Notes under the pieces: model-generated | Told to the model about the DNA's origin: nothing | Seen by the model: the letters and a program-made list of their open reading frames with translations, nothing else | Databases searched by the model: none | Shown: positions 37,991-47,563 of the stretch, piece by piece | How positions within the stretch are numbered: the first letter of the stretch is position 1 | How the letters are laid out: each line of letters opens with the position of its first letter | Source of the DNA: an uncultured archaeon | Lineage (GTDB): Archaea; Thermoplasmatota; Thermoplasmata; Thermoplasmatales; Thermoplasmataceae | Direction of reading: 5' to 3' | Assembly: GCA_000965745.1 (NCBI GenBank) | Contig: CP009479.1 | Span: 992,001 to 1,056,000 of the forward strand | DNA: 64,000 bases | Translations under genes and position numbers: made by a program

Positions 37991-39167
37991 TGTTTTGGTA
38001 GTAGGCGCAGGCCCTGCTGGCAGTTCTGCCGCCAGGTTCGCCGCTAGAAACGGCCTGAAGACCCTTCTCATTGAGAAGAGGCCCGATATCGGCTCTCCGG
38101 TAAGATGCGGGGAAGGAATATCAAAGGCCTGGATGCCAGAGATGGACATAAAGCCCGATCCCCGATGGATCTCGGACGAAGTCAAGGGTGCCAGGATCTA
38201 CGGACCTTCAGAGCACAGGCCCATAACCCTTACTGCAGACAAAGCCGGCAACGAAGTCGGGTTTGTCGTTGAAAGGGACAAATTCGACAAGCACATGGCT
38301 GCACTGGCAGCTGCCGAAGGCGCAGACGTCTGGGTAAAATCACCAGCTATGTCTGTTATCAAGGAAGGAGGCAAGGTTGTAGGTGCCCACGTAAGGCACA
38401 ACGGATTCATGGAAGAGGTCAGGGCAAAGATGGTAATTGCAGCCGACGGTTTTGAAAGTGAATTCGCAAGATGGGCAGGCCTGAAGTCGGTCATACTCGC
38501 AAAGAATGATATTATTTCAGCCGCACAGTACAGGATGATTGGTGTTGATTCAGATGCTGATTACACGGATTTCTATCTGGGGTCAGTTGCACCTTCAGGA
38601 TATATCTGGGTTTTCCCAAAGGGTGATCACGAGGCAAACGTCGGTATAGGATGCTCAATAGACAGGCTTCACGACAGGTTTGACCTCAAGAATTACCTGG
38701 ACAACTGGATCAAGAAGCATCCTGCATATGCAAAGGGAAAGGCTATCCAGTGGGTTACCGGCGGCGTTTCAGTGTCAAAGGTAAGGGACAAATTCACGCT
38801 ACCTGGCCTTCTCCTGGTGGGAGACGCTGCGAGACTGATTGATCCGATCACCGGTGGCGGAATTGCCAACGGCATAATTTCAGGAAAATATGCGGCATCA
38901 GTTGCCAAGAGGGCAATTGACGGGGAAGACTATTCCCAGGAAATGATGACCGAATACGAGAAGATGGTGAAGGAGAAATTCCAGAGGAAGCACCTCAGAA
39001 ACTGGATGGCCAAGGAGAAACTTTCCGGCCTTTCAGATGAGACGCTCGATAAGCTCGTGGATGCGGTATCCGAGTTTGAACTCAATAAGATCTCTGTGGA
39101 AGAGATACTGAAAGCAGTTCAGAGAAAATATCCGGAACTTGTTGAAGAGCTGGAACAACTCATCTGA
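37977..39167 (+). CDS. Digeranylgeranylglycerophospholipid reductase (geranylgeranyl reductase)
   Basis: GAGPAG, PVRCGEG, PSGYIWVFPKG, GDAA..IDPITGGGI. Confidence 0.93.
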   Translation: MLQYDVLVVGAGPAGSSAARFAARNGLKTLLIEKRPDIGSPVRCGEGISKAWMPEMDIKPDPRWISDEVKGARIYGPSEHRPITLTADKAGNEVGFVVERDKFDKHMAALAAAEGADVWVKSPAMSVIKEGGKVVGAHVRHNGFMEEVRAKMVIAADGFESEFARWAGLKSVILAKNDIISAAQYRMIGVDSDADYTDFYLGSVAPSGYIWVFPKGDHEANVGIGCSIDRLHDRFDLKNYLDNWIKKHPAYAKGKAIQWVTGGVSVSKVRDKFTLPGLLLVGDAARLIDPITGGGIANGIISGKYAASVAKRAIDGEDYSQEMMTEYEKMVKEKFQRKHLRNWMAKEKLSGLSDETLDKLVDAVSEFELNKISVEEILKAVQRKYPELVEELEQLI

Positions 39168-39463
39168 TCCTTTTATTTACCATCTCTATTTTTTCAGATT
39201 ATTCACGTATAAAATGCTGTACCTCGTTCTATGAGTTATGTTGAAGCCTCTTCATTGTGAAAGAAATTTCTCTGCCTTGTTGTAGGAATATCATGATCGG
39301 TTTCAACCGTTTCCTCAGAAAAACCCATTAGCGATTCATGCTATAAACCTGACACAGTGTTATCATAGCTGCTTCTTTCAGACCTGATCGCTTTGTTTTT
39401 GGAATGGTGAAAACCCGGGGGAATCTCCCGCAAGAATGCAATACGATTCGGGTGCGGTACCGT

Positions 39464-40837
39464 TTACTCTACTCCTTCCAGGGCTTCGTCAAGCCCGAAG
39501 TTGCCTGCCCTGAGCTGCTGCTTCATCATCTTCTTGAAACCCCTGTTCCCTTTCATCATCTTGAGGTTGTTCTTCATCATCTTGAACTCCTTCAGCAGAC
39601 CCCTGACTTCAGTCTCTGGCTTTCCCGACCCCTTGGCCACTCTTGCAATCCTTTTCGAATTAATGAGTTCAGGTTTTTCAAGTTCCTCGAACGTCATTGA
39701 GTCCATGATTACACGGTATCTCTGGAGCTTGCTTCCTGCGTTCTCGATATCGTCAGGGTTGATCTTGTTCCCTCCAGGCATTTTTGCCAGCGGGAGCGAG
39801 TCGAAAATCTTCTTCAGCAGGCTCGGCTGTGAGAATTTCTCCCACACATCGTACATGTCCTTGAGGTTGAACTTCCCGGACATGAGCTTGCTCATGGACT
39901 CTTCTGCCTCCTCCTCTGTGATATCGACCTCTTTCACGGTTTCCAGCAAAGTCTCCAGGTCTCCAAGGCCAAGAAGCCTGGAAAGGAACTTCTTCGGGTT
40001 GAAGATCTCAAAATCATCCATGTGCTCCCCTGTCCCAATGAAATAGACGGGGGCTTTGATCTCAGAAACGGCACTCAGTGCACCTCCACCCTTGCCTGTT
40101 CCGTCCATCTTTGTTATTATGACGCCCGTTATTCCTACTGCGTCATCAACAGCTTTTGCCTGTGGTCCTGCCTGCTGCCCTATTGTGGCATCCATGACAA
40201 GCAGAACTTCGTCCGGCTCAACTGCTGCCTTTACCTTTTTGATTTCCTCTATAAGCTCCAGCTCAAGGGAATCCCTGCCACTTGTATCAACGATTTTAAC
40301 CTTAGTCTCTTCAAGCGATTTAAGCCCGTTCTTGCTGATCTTCACCGGGTTCTTTTCTCCCTTCTCACCATAGAACTGTGCGTTTACGGATTTGGCAACC
40401 TGCTCAAGCTGCTCATAGGCTGCCACCCTGTGTACATCAGCAGCGATAAGTCCTGCATTGAGTCCTTTCCGGTTGAAGAATTTGGCAAGTTTTCCTGCAG
40501 AAGTTGTTTTACCCTGCCCGTATAATCCCACAAGCATTATTTTCTGAGGTGTCACCTTTATGCTCGACTCAACGCCCAGAATTTTGAGAAGCTCTTCATA
40601 AATGATCTTTACCAAGTAGTCCTGATCCGCCATGCCTGATGGCGGTTTCTCATCCGCGGCCCTCTGTTCAAGTTTTCTTGTGAGCTCAAGGGTGAGCTTT
40701 ACATTAACATCCGCTTTAAGGAGGGCTCTCTGAAGCTCTTTTGCGACTTCTTTGACTGTTTCTGCATTTATATACGAAGAACTTGAAATTCTTCTTAACG
40801 TATCTCTGAGTGAGTTAGCGAGATTGTCTAAGACCAT
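39464..40837 (-). CDS. srp54: Signal recognition particle protein Srp54
   Basis: GLYGQGKTT, DTSGR, TKMDGTGKGGGALS, Met-rich M domain. Confidence 0.97.
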   Translation of the reverse strand: MVLDNLANSLRDTLRRISSSSYINAETVKEVAKELQRALLKADVNVKLTLELTRKLEQRAADEKPPSGMADQDYLVKIIYEELLKILGVESSIKVTPQKIMLVGLYGQGKTTSAGKLAKFFNRKGLNAGLIAADVHRVAAYEQLEQVAKSVNAQFYGEKGEKNPVKISKNGLKSLEETKVKIVDTSGRDSLELELIEEIKKVKAAVEPDEVLLVMDATIGQQAGPQAKAVDDAVGITGVIITKMDGTGKGGGALSAVSEIKAPVYFIGTGEHMDDFEIFNPKKFLSRLLGLGDLETLLETVKEVDITEEEAEESMSKLMSGKFNLKDMYDVWEKFSQPSLLKKIFDSLPLAKMPGGNKINPDDIENAGSKLQRYRVIMDSMTFEELEKPELINSKRIARVAKGSGKPETEVRGLLKEFKMMKNNLKMMKGNRGFKKMMKQQLRAGNFGLDEALEGVE

Positions 40838-40882
40838 TCACATCACCAGTTTTCTATTGTATATAACTGTGTCGAACAACTT

Positions 40883-41749
40883 CTAAACGAGCCTCAGCAC
40901 AAAGGAAATGAGCCACCCGTACTTCTGCTTCATGGTCTTGAAATTCATAGCCGATATTGCCTGATCAAGTTCTGTAAGATCTGAGCTGCTAATCTGGAAG
41001 TTTGCAGCATCAATATTCTGCTTCACATGGTCAATGCTGCCAGCTTTGGGAATCGCGGAAACATTGCTTCTGGAGATGAGCCAGTTAAGTGCGATCTGGG
41101 CCGGTGTCTTATCATGCTTCTTTGCCAGTTCCTGTATGACAGGCATCGCTTTGTTTTTCCGGGTAAAGAATTTACCATGCCCCAGTGGGCTGTATGCTAT
41201 GAGAGTAATTCCATTTTCCTGACAGTATGGGAGCAGGTCTTTCTCATACTCTCTGGCCATTATACTGTATTCTACCTGGTTTGAAACAACTTCATATTTC
41301 TTGAGGGAATTCTGGGCCTTTCTCAGCTGCTCTACGGAAAAATTACTCACCCCTATATGGCGTATCTTTCCATCATCCACAAGTTTCTCCATCGCACTCA
41401 TCGTCTCATCCATGCTCACTTTAGGGTTGGGCCAGTGCAACTGGTAGAGATCAATGTATTTCCTTCCCAGCCTTTCCAGGCTCTGATCACATGCCTTGAT
41501 GATCTTATCATGCCTGAAATGAGTGGGCCATACCTTTGTAGCCAGAAAGATGTCATCATACTCTTTTATGGCTTTTCCAACCATTTGCTCGTTTCTGTAT
41601 GCTTCCGCCGTATCAACAAAATTTGAGCCGCTTTCTATTGATGCCCTGATGGCGTTGATAGAATCTTTTGAATTCGGGTCAAGCTGCCATGTCCCTATGC
41701 CAATGGCAGGCAACTTTTCCCTTGTTTTTCCAACTTCAATGTACTTCAA
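40883..41749 (-). CDS. Aldo/keto reductase
   Basis: DTAEAY, ATKVW, DLYQLHWP, IGVSNF, AYSPLG, IPK. Confidence 0.93.
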   Translation of the reverse strand: MKYIEVGKTREKLPAIGIGTWQLDPNSKDSINAIRASIESGSNFVDTAEAYRNEQMVGKAIKEYDDIFLATKVWPTHFRHDKIIKACDQSLERLGRKYIDLYQLHWPNPKVSMDETMSAMEKLVDDGKIRHIGVSNFSVEQLRKAQNSLKKYEVVSNQVEYSIMAREYEKDLLPYCQENGITLIAYSPLGHGKFFTRKNKAMPVIQELAKKHDKTPAQIALNWLISRSNVSAIPKAGSIDHVKQNIDAANFQISSSDLTELDQAISAMNFKTMKQKYGWLISFVLRLV

Positions 41750-41859
41750 TATCTAACACTGCTCCCTTTGAAATTATAGATAATCGATCCAGTAGTGGTA
41801 TATTTACCTAACCAATTTTACAAGGATACAGTATGGGTAATCTGCCTCCCTGAAATGAA

Positions 41860-42171
41860 TCAGTATTCTCTCCACCTGTATCCACAGGACTCGCAGGTGT
41901 AAAACTTTGTTTCAGGCTCATCTGCGGACCTCGTCTGTTTAAGCAGATAATAAGCGCCAGAATGTTTGCATTTTGGGCATACGGCGTCTGAGTCGAGGGG
42001 CTCACCACTCTTTTCTTCCGTTATCATTATAGTCTCCTTTGCGACACCCCTGCTGATTATCTGGCCAGTTGTACCGCTTGAAGCATCCTTTTTGACTTCG
42101 TTGCCACAGGAATTGCAGACGTACTTACCCTTAGTTGGGGACATTAATGCACCGCACACAGAACAAAACAT
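41860..42171 (-). CDS. tfs: Transcription factor S (RpoM/TFS)
   Basis: Two Zn ribbons, QTRSADEPET. Confidence 0.95.
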   Translation of the reverse strand: MFCSVCGALMSPTKGKYVCNSCGNEVKKDASSGTTGQIISRGVAKETIMITEEKSGEPLDSDAVCPKCKHSGAYYLLKQTRSADEPETKFYTCESCGYRWREY

Positions 42172-42303
42172 TGAAAGAGCATATTTCTTGAGGATATTTA
42201 AACTTGAGCAGATTGCTTGTTATTCCTTCGGGCTGGCTCTTTCACAAAAGGTTAAAGGACGGGACCCAGTTAAAATTAATATCGCAGCATTGATTTTTGA
42301 TTC

Positions 42304-42717
42304 ATGAAATCCTATGATGAAAACAGGATAAACGAATTCTTGGCGAACTACAGGAATGTTGCTGTTGTCGGAATATCTGACAAGCCTGAAAGAGACAGTT
42401 ATCAGGTTGCCATGTACCTGAAAAATCACGGATACAATGTTATACCGATTAACCCTAAGTTTGACAGGTGGGAAGGGCTTCAGGCATATCCCGATCTAAG
42501 GTCGGTGCCGGAGTCCGTCAAGGTAGAAGTGGTTGACGTATTCAGGAAGCCGGAAGCTGTTGTTGAAGTGGTAAATGAGGCTATTTCCCTGAACCCCAAG
42601 TTGATCTGGATGCAGGAGGATGTTGTGAATGAGGAGGCAGCAGACCTGGCTAAATCGAAGGGAATCTCAGTTGTGATGGACAGGTGCATGATGAAAGAGC
42701 ACAGGAAAATAGAGTGA
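42304..42717 (+). CDS. CoA-binding protein (YccU-like)
   Basis: AVVGISDKPERDS, VDVFR, WMQ, VVMDRC. Confidence 0.92.
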   Translation: MKSYDENRINEFLANYRNVAVVGISDKPERDSYQVAMYLKNHGYNVIPINPKFDRWEGLQAYPDLRSVPESVKVEVVDVFRKPEAVVEVVNEAISLNPKLIWMQEDVVNEEAADLAKSKGISVVMDRCMMKEHRKIE

Positions 42718-42722
42718 AGAAT

Positions 42723-44312
42723 TTACACCTTCATCTCTTCGTTATGGACCACCTCAATCAAGTTCATTGAATCGCTGTTGACAGAGGCTTCGAATGCCTT
42801 TTTGAAATCATCTTCAGACTCGGCCCTGAAATAGCTCATCCCAAAACTCTTTGCAAGTAGGGAGAGGTCGGGATTTGAAAAGAACACGTTTGAAACAGGG
42901 AGTCCGGACATCATCTGATGCTCTGCTATAAGGCTGTACCGCCCGTCATTGAACACTATGGCGGTGAAGTTTGTGCCGATCCTCCTGGCGGTTTCAAGTT
43001 CCTGGACATTCATAAGGAACCCTCCATCTCCGGCCACTACAACTACCGGGTCCTCCGGCTTTGCAAGCTTGCATGCTATGGCGCCAGGGACTGATCCGCC
43101 CATAGATGCAAAACCGTTGAAGACAATGGTCTTTCCAGGGCTCTTTGGCTGATACCACCTTGATACCCAGACCTTGTGGAGCCCCACATCACTGATAAGG
43201 AATGCATTTTCCGGCATTGCTTCATTGAGATGCCACATCACTTTTCTGGGGAGTTCCTCGAACTTGTTAGGGACTGTTGTGAGTTCCTTCAGCCTTCTTT
43301 CCCTTATCTGGTCATGCACACTTGTATCCTCCCTTCTCTTGATGTGGGCGGAAAGGCTATTGAGTATGAGCTTCAGGTTTCCAACAACGTCAAGCTCTAT
43401 GGGAAAATGCTCATCTGTTTCCAAAGAAACTGTATGGATGTTGATTATCTTCCTCTTCCTGTCGGCATTCCAGTTGATTGGGTCGTATTCCACAAGGTCG
43501 AATCCGACTGCGATGACAAGATCCGCAGCGTGGAGTGGCCTCAAACCTACCGGGTATGGCACACCCCCAACGCTGAAAAGGTTCCGTGGGTGGTCGAAGG
43601 GCAGTATTCCTTTTGACATAAAGGTATTGACCATTGGGATATTGGTCTGGTCTATGAAGGCCTTAAGCTCTTTCCAGGCTCTTGACCTGATCACGCCGTT
43701 TCCTGCAAGGACAATGGGGTTTTCTGCCTTCATTATCTCTGCTGCAACAGCTTCATATGTCTGCTTTTCAGGCTCCACTGGAAACTGGTACAGGTGTGGC
43801 AGGGGCTCTCCAGTGGTTTCCTCCTTTGCTATATTTTCAGGCAGCTGTATATGGACAGCCCCTGGTGTTGTGTGAGTCGTCAGGTGAACACCCTTCCTTA
43901 TAATTTCGGGAATGGTGGATGCGTCCATAACTGGCTGGTTGTACTTGGTTATGCCGGAGAACAGTTTTATTGTGTCAACGTTCTGGTGTGATTCCTTGTG
44001 TAGCCTTGTAGTTTGAGCCTGTGCAGTGATGGCCAGAAGAGGTACTTTGTCGAGATGTGCATTCGCAACCCCGGTAAGAAGGTTGGTCGCTCCGGGCCCA
44101 AGTGTAGAGAGGCACACTCCTGGATTGCCGGTTATCCTCCCGTAGACGTCAGCCATGAACGCGGCACCCTGTTCATGCCTGGTTACAATGAATTTGATGT
44201 CTGATTTTGATATTGAGTCCACGAGGTCAATATTTTCTTCCCCAGGAAGCCCGAAGATATATTTTACGCCTTCAGCCTCCATGCATTTGACAAAAAGGTC
44301 ACTTGCTTTCAT
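42723..44312 (-). CDS. ThDP-dependent acetolactate synthase large-subunit family protein
   Basis: FGLPGEEN, RHEQGAAFMA, TLGPGATN, GDGGFLMN..N. Confidence 0.92.
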   Translation of the reverse strand: MKASDLFVKCMEAEGVKYIFGLPGEENIDLVDSISKSDIKFIVTRHEQGAAFMADVYGRITGNPGVCLSTLGPGATNLLTGVANAHLDKVPLLAITAQAQTTRLHKESHQNVDTIKLFSGITKYNQPVMDASTIPEIIRKGVHLTTHTTPGAVHIQLPENIAKEETTGEPLPHLYQFPVEPEKQTYEAVAAEIMKAENPIVLAGNGVIRSRAWKELKAFIDQTNIPMVNTFMSKGILPFDHPRNLFSVGGVPYPVGLRPLHAADLVIAVGFDLVEYDPINWNADRKRKIINIHTVSLETDEHFPIELDVVGNLKLILNSLSAHIKRREDTSVHDQIRERRLKELTTVPNKFEELPRKVMWHLNEAMPENAFLISDVGLHKVWVSRWYQPKSPGKTIVFNGFASMGGSVPGAIACKLAKPEDPVVVVAGDGGFLMNVQELETARRIGTNFTAIVFNDGRYSLIAEHQMMSGLPVSNVFFSNPDLSLLAKSFGMSYFRAESEDDFKKAFEASVNSDSMNLIEVVHNEEMKV

Positions 44313-44424
44313 TGCTTCTCATGGGGTAAGTGAAAGGAAGTTTAAAACGATCAGGACATACAGTATGGATTCTGACATACAACAGAAAAATAGTAAGAAA
44401 TAGTTTGACATAATGTAACTGTGG

Positions 44425-44508
44425 GTCGGGGTAGCCTAGCCTGGTAAGGCGATAGACTCGAGATCTATTGCGCTTGTTCGCTCGGGAGTTCGAATCTCCC
44501 CCCCGGCG
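44425..44508 (+). tRNA. tRNA-Ser(CGA)
   Basis: Acceptor GTCGGGG/CCCCGGC, anticodon arm ATAGA-CTCGAGA-TCTAT, long variable arm, GTTCGAATC. Confidence 0.95.
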
Positions 44509-44521
44509 CTTATGTTTGTAA

Positions 44522-44698
44522 TCAAACAGTTTCATACAACCTCTGTTCTTTAAGCCAACTCATCTCCCAGAAATATTCAGCAGATACTTCAGAGAATCCT
44601 TTTCTTCTTCTAGCGATGTAGATGGCAACCGCTATTGTAATGATCATCAGAATAATCGTCGATGAGTCCAGAATTCGGAATACAGAGTTCTTCTTCAT
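44522..44698 (-). CDS. Putative small single-pass membrane protein (58 aa)
   Basis: MKKNSVFRILDSSTIILMIITIAVAIYIARRRKGF...; TM followed by a basic stop-transfer; below the ORF-track cutoff. Confidence 0.4.
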   Translation of the reverse strand: MKKNSVFRILDSSTIILMIITIAVAIYIARRRKGFSEVSAEYFWEMSWLKEQRLYETV

Positions 44699-44911
44699 CC
44701 ATAAGAATAAAAATTTACATCCGCAGATAACTGCGGCACCTAATTTGTATTCAAGTTACAAAAGTAAATGATTCTTGCGTTGTTTACCAAGTCTTGAAGA
44801 TTCCGTCATATAAACGAAAATAATGGACAAATTACTAAATTTATTCATGTTTTTTCCAAATTTCTGTTTCAAAATAGATCTTTTTAAATACAGAAAAAAA
44901 CTTTTAGCTTG

Positions 44912-45355
44912 ATGCAGGACAAACTTGACAAGAAAGATGTTCAAATTCTTAGATATCTTACAGAACACGGAAGGGATAAGATATCTGAGATATCAAACAA
45001 CCTTGGAATCCCAAGGGCAACTGTTTTCGAAAGAATGGAACGCTTGCGCAAAGAAGGTTATATAAAGCAGTACACGGTAAAAGTAGACTATGAAAAGATT
45101 GGGTACCCCATTCTCGCCTACATACTGATTAACTTCGACTTTCATTCAGACATAGACCAGACTGAACTTGCAAGGGAACTGGGAAAGCTGGAGAATGTCA
45201 TATCTGCATCAGTGATTGCTGGCGGATGGGACATCCTCCTCATGACAGTTCACAGGAGCATGAAGGAACTTTCCAATTTTGTTCTTGGAAAGTTGAGATC
45301 GATGGAAGGTATAGAGAAGACTCTGTCAGTTCCGATTTTTGATCTCGTCAAGTAA
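44912..45355 (+). CDS. Lrp/AsnC family regulator
   Basis: LDKKDVQILRYL, TVFERMERL..EGYI, IAGGWD RAM domain. Confidence 0.93.
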   Translation: MQDKLDKKDVQILRYLTEHGRDKISEISNNLGIPRATVFERMERLRKEGYIKQYTVKVDYEKIGYPILAYILINFDFHSDIDQTELARELGKLENVISASVIAGGWDILLMTVHRSMKELSNFVLGKLRSMEGIEKTLSVPIFDLVK

Positions 45356-45408
45356 TCCCTGTACCTGCATAAACCCTTAAATAAACTTCAAAGATTAAGA
45401 CCGAGTTA

Positions 45409-45492
45409 GCTGGGATAGCCTAGCCTGGTAGGGCGCAGGTCTGGAAAACCTGTTCTCTCACGAGATCGGGAGTTCAAATCTCCCTCCCAGCG
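45409..45492 (+). tRNA. tRNA-Ser(GGA)
   Basis: Acceptor GCTGGGA/TCCCAGC, CAGGT-CTGGAAA-ACCTG, variable arm, GTTCAAATC; TTAAATA about 30 nt upstream. Confidence 0.95.
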
Positions 45493-45689
45493 CTACTTCA
45501 GGGTCTTGTTCTCGAGTTTTACCTCCACCAAGGTTCGCCTCATGATTAGTGCGGTTAAAGAGGAATTATATAGGGGATCTAAAATGAAGTTCTCGGAACA
45601 TTTCCCATACTTTTTAAACAAAAATTGAGCAGGAAATACCCTTCCGAAACGGAGGAGATGATGTCACTTTGCCGATCCGGTTCCGGGAT

Positions 45690-46020
45690 TTGCTGCTGTC
45701 TTACGGCCTAACCCAATGCTGACTATCGATGTTTCTGGACTGCACATACTACTGTTATGATGATGATTCCTCCTTCTAGGGCATAATGGGTGGCTGCCAG
45801 ATTGAAAAAAGCATGCGATAATGTGACCCCTAATTGGTTCGATCCCTAGGGAATTCCCGAATGCAAAAGAGCCTCAAAGACAGCAAAGAAGAAACCTAGG
45901 GCAGCCACAAATACAGTAAGCAGAAATAACACCCAGTTCAGCCTCAGATCCCTCACAATAACCCAAACCACTTAGATATGATTGTACTCCCAATTCCATG
46001 ACCTTTTTGGCAAAAGAAGA
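45690..46020 (-). pseudogene. Possible decayed membrane-protein gene
   Basis: One frame reads VVWVIVRDLRLNWVLFLLTVFVAALGFFFAVFEALL..*..GGIIIITVV, interrupted by several stops. Confidence 0.3.
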
Positions 46021-46083
46021 AGCCCTGCCGATTTACGTTGACCTAGGCAAGGTTCATGTATAAACAAATGTTAATACTACCAA

Positions 46084-46464
46084 ATGGTCAAAGGCCTGCC
46101 CATCAAAGACGTTCTCAACAGGAACCATCCTCTTTCCCCGCTCTCAGACCGGGTGCTCATAACTCTTACAATCTTTGTAATAAGTGTAATAATAGCAACA
46201 CTTGTTGTCAAGATATCAGAAGGCTGGACACTGGTCAACTCGTTTTACTATATTGCGATGATTACAACAACTAATGGAGCTCCATTCCCCCCTACGAACC
46301 CTGGAGTTGTAATCTTCACATCGTTTTGGGCATACTTCTCCTTTATCCTCCTTGCCACATTAGTCGTAAATGCCTTCGGGCCACTCATAGGTTATCTGAT
46401 AAACGAGGGTGTAACTTATATAAAGAAAGCTGAACAGGCCCTGGAACATCCAAGGGGCAAGTAA
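46084..46464 (+). CDS. Two-TM pore-loop (KcsA/Ion_trans_2-like) channel protein with atypical filter
   Basis: TM1-EGWTLVNSFYYIAMITTTNGAP-P.N..TM2. Confidence 0.75.
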   Translation: MVKGLPIKDVLNRNHPLSPLSDRVLITLTIFVISVIIATLVVKISEGWTLVNSFYYIAMITTTNGAPFPPTNPGVVIFTSFWAYFSFILLATLVVNAFGPLIGYLINEGVTYIKKAEQALEHPRGK

Positions 46465-46535
46465 AAAAGGAAAAACCGTGAAGAACAGTGCATTCGAAAG
46501 CCACTAAATACCAGAACTGCATCGTACTATCCTAA

Positions 46536-47549
46536 ATGAGGAAAAGAGAAAGGGTTGGTGTAATTGATACCCATACTGAGGGAGAGCCAACTAGGATACT
46601 GATAAGAGATAAACTGCCGGAAGGCTGTAGCAACGCGGTTGAAGCAAGGGAGCATTTCAGGGTGAATGAAGATTACATTAGAACGGCAATACTTCAGGAA
46701 CCAAGGGGACACATGGACCAGTTCGGCTCTGTCGTTTACCCTTCGAATGACGATGAAACTGATTTCACGCTGTTTTTCACAACCACTACTGGTTATCTGG
46801 ACATGTGCGCCCATGCCACAATTGGTACAACCACGGCGCTTGTGTTCAAAGGGCTGATAGAAGCAGACGAGTCTGTGCGAAAGGTGAGGTACGATACTCC
46901 TGCGGGAAAAGTGGAAGTTGAAGTGAGCATAGTGGATGGAGATGCAGAATCTGTTACTCTTAGGAACGTCCCTTCTTTCAGCATGGGCAAGAAGAAAGTG
47001 TATGTAGATGCTCCAGTAGGCGGAAACATTTGTGTGGACCTGGCGTTCGGCGGAAACTTCTATGCCATAGTCGACTCCAGCGAATTGGATCTTGAAGTTG
47101 AAGAGTCCAGCATCGAGCCGCTCAGAAAAGCAGGATCTGCAATAAGCAAGGCTGTGCATGAGCAGATTAACCCGAAGCACCCTGAAAACCCCGATATAAG
47201 CCCGGTGCCGCTTACCATGATCACGGGCAAGCCCCTTCTCTCAGATGATCATTACAGGAACATCGTAGTGTTTCCAAGTGGAAGCTTTGACAGATCGCCA
47301 TGCGGAACCGGCACATCAGCCAGATCTGCAGTTCTTTTCCGCGACGGCGCCCTAGGGATGGGGGAATCATTCGTTCATGAATCTATCACGAACACAACAT
47401 TCAAATGCAGAATCGTTGGCAAAACGAAGGTTGGAAAATATGGTTCAGTTATTCCGGAAGTGACGGGAAGGGCATGGGTAACACAGCTTTCTGAAATTGT
47501 AATTGATGAGAGCGACCCTCTAAAGCACGGGTTTCTCATCGGAAAATAA
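46536..47549 (+). CDS. Proline racemase / hydroxyproline 2-epimerase family
   Basis: DTHTEGEPTR, EPRGH, MCAH, FGGNFY, DRSPCGTGTSA (both catalytic Cys present). Confidence 0.93.
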   Translation: MRKRERVGVIDTHTEGEPTRILIRDKLPEGCSNAVEAREHFRVNEDYIRTAILQEPRGHMDQFGSVVYPSNDDETDFTLFFTTTTGYLDMCAHATIGTTTALVFKGLIEADESVRKVRYDTPAGKVEVEVSIVDGDAESVTLRNVPSFSMGKKKVYVDAPVGGNICVDLAFGGNFYAIVDSSELDLEVEESSIEPLRKAGSAISKAVHEQINPKHPENPDISPVPLTMITGKPLLSDDHYRNIVVFPSGSFDRSPCGTGTSARSAVLFRDGALGMGESFVHESITNTTFKCRIVGKTKVGKYGSVIPEVTGRAWVTQLSEIVIDESDPLKHGFLIGK

Positions 47550-47563
47550 TGACAGGTTTGCTT

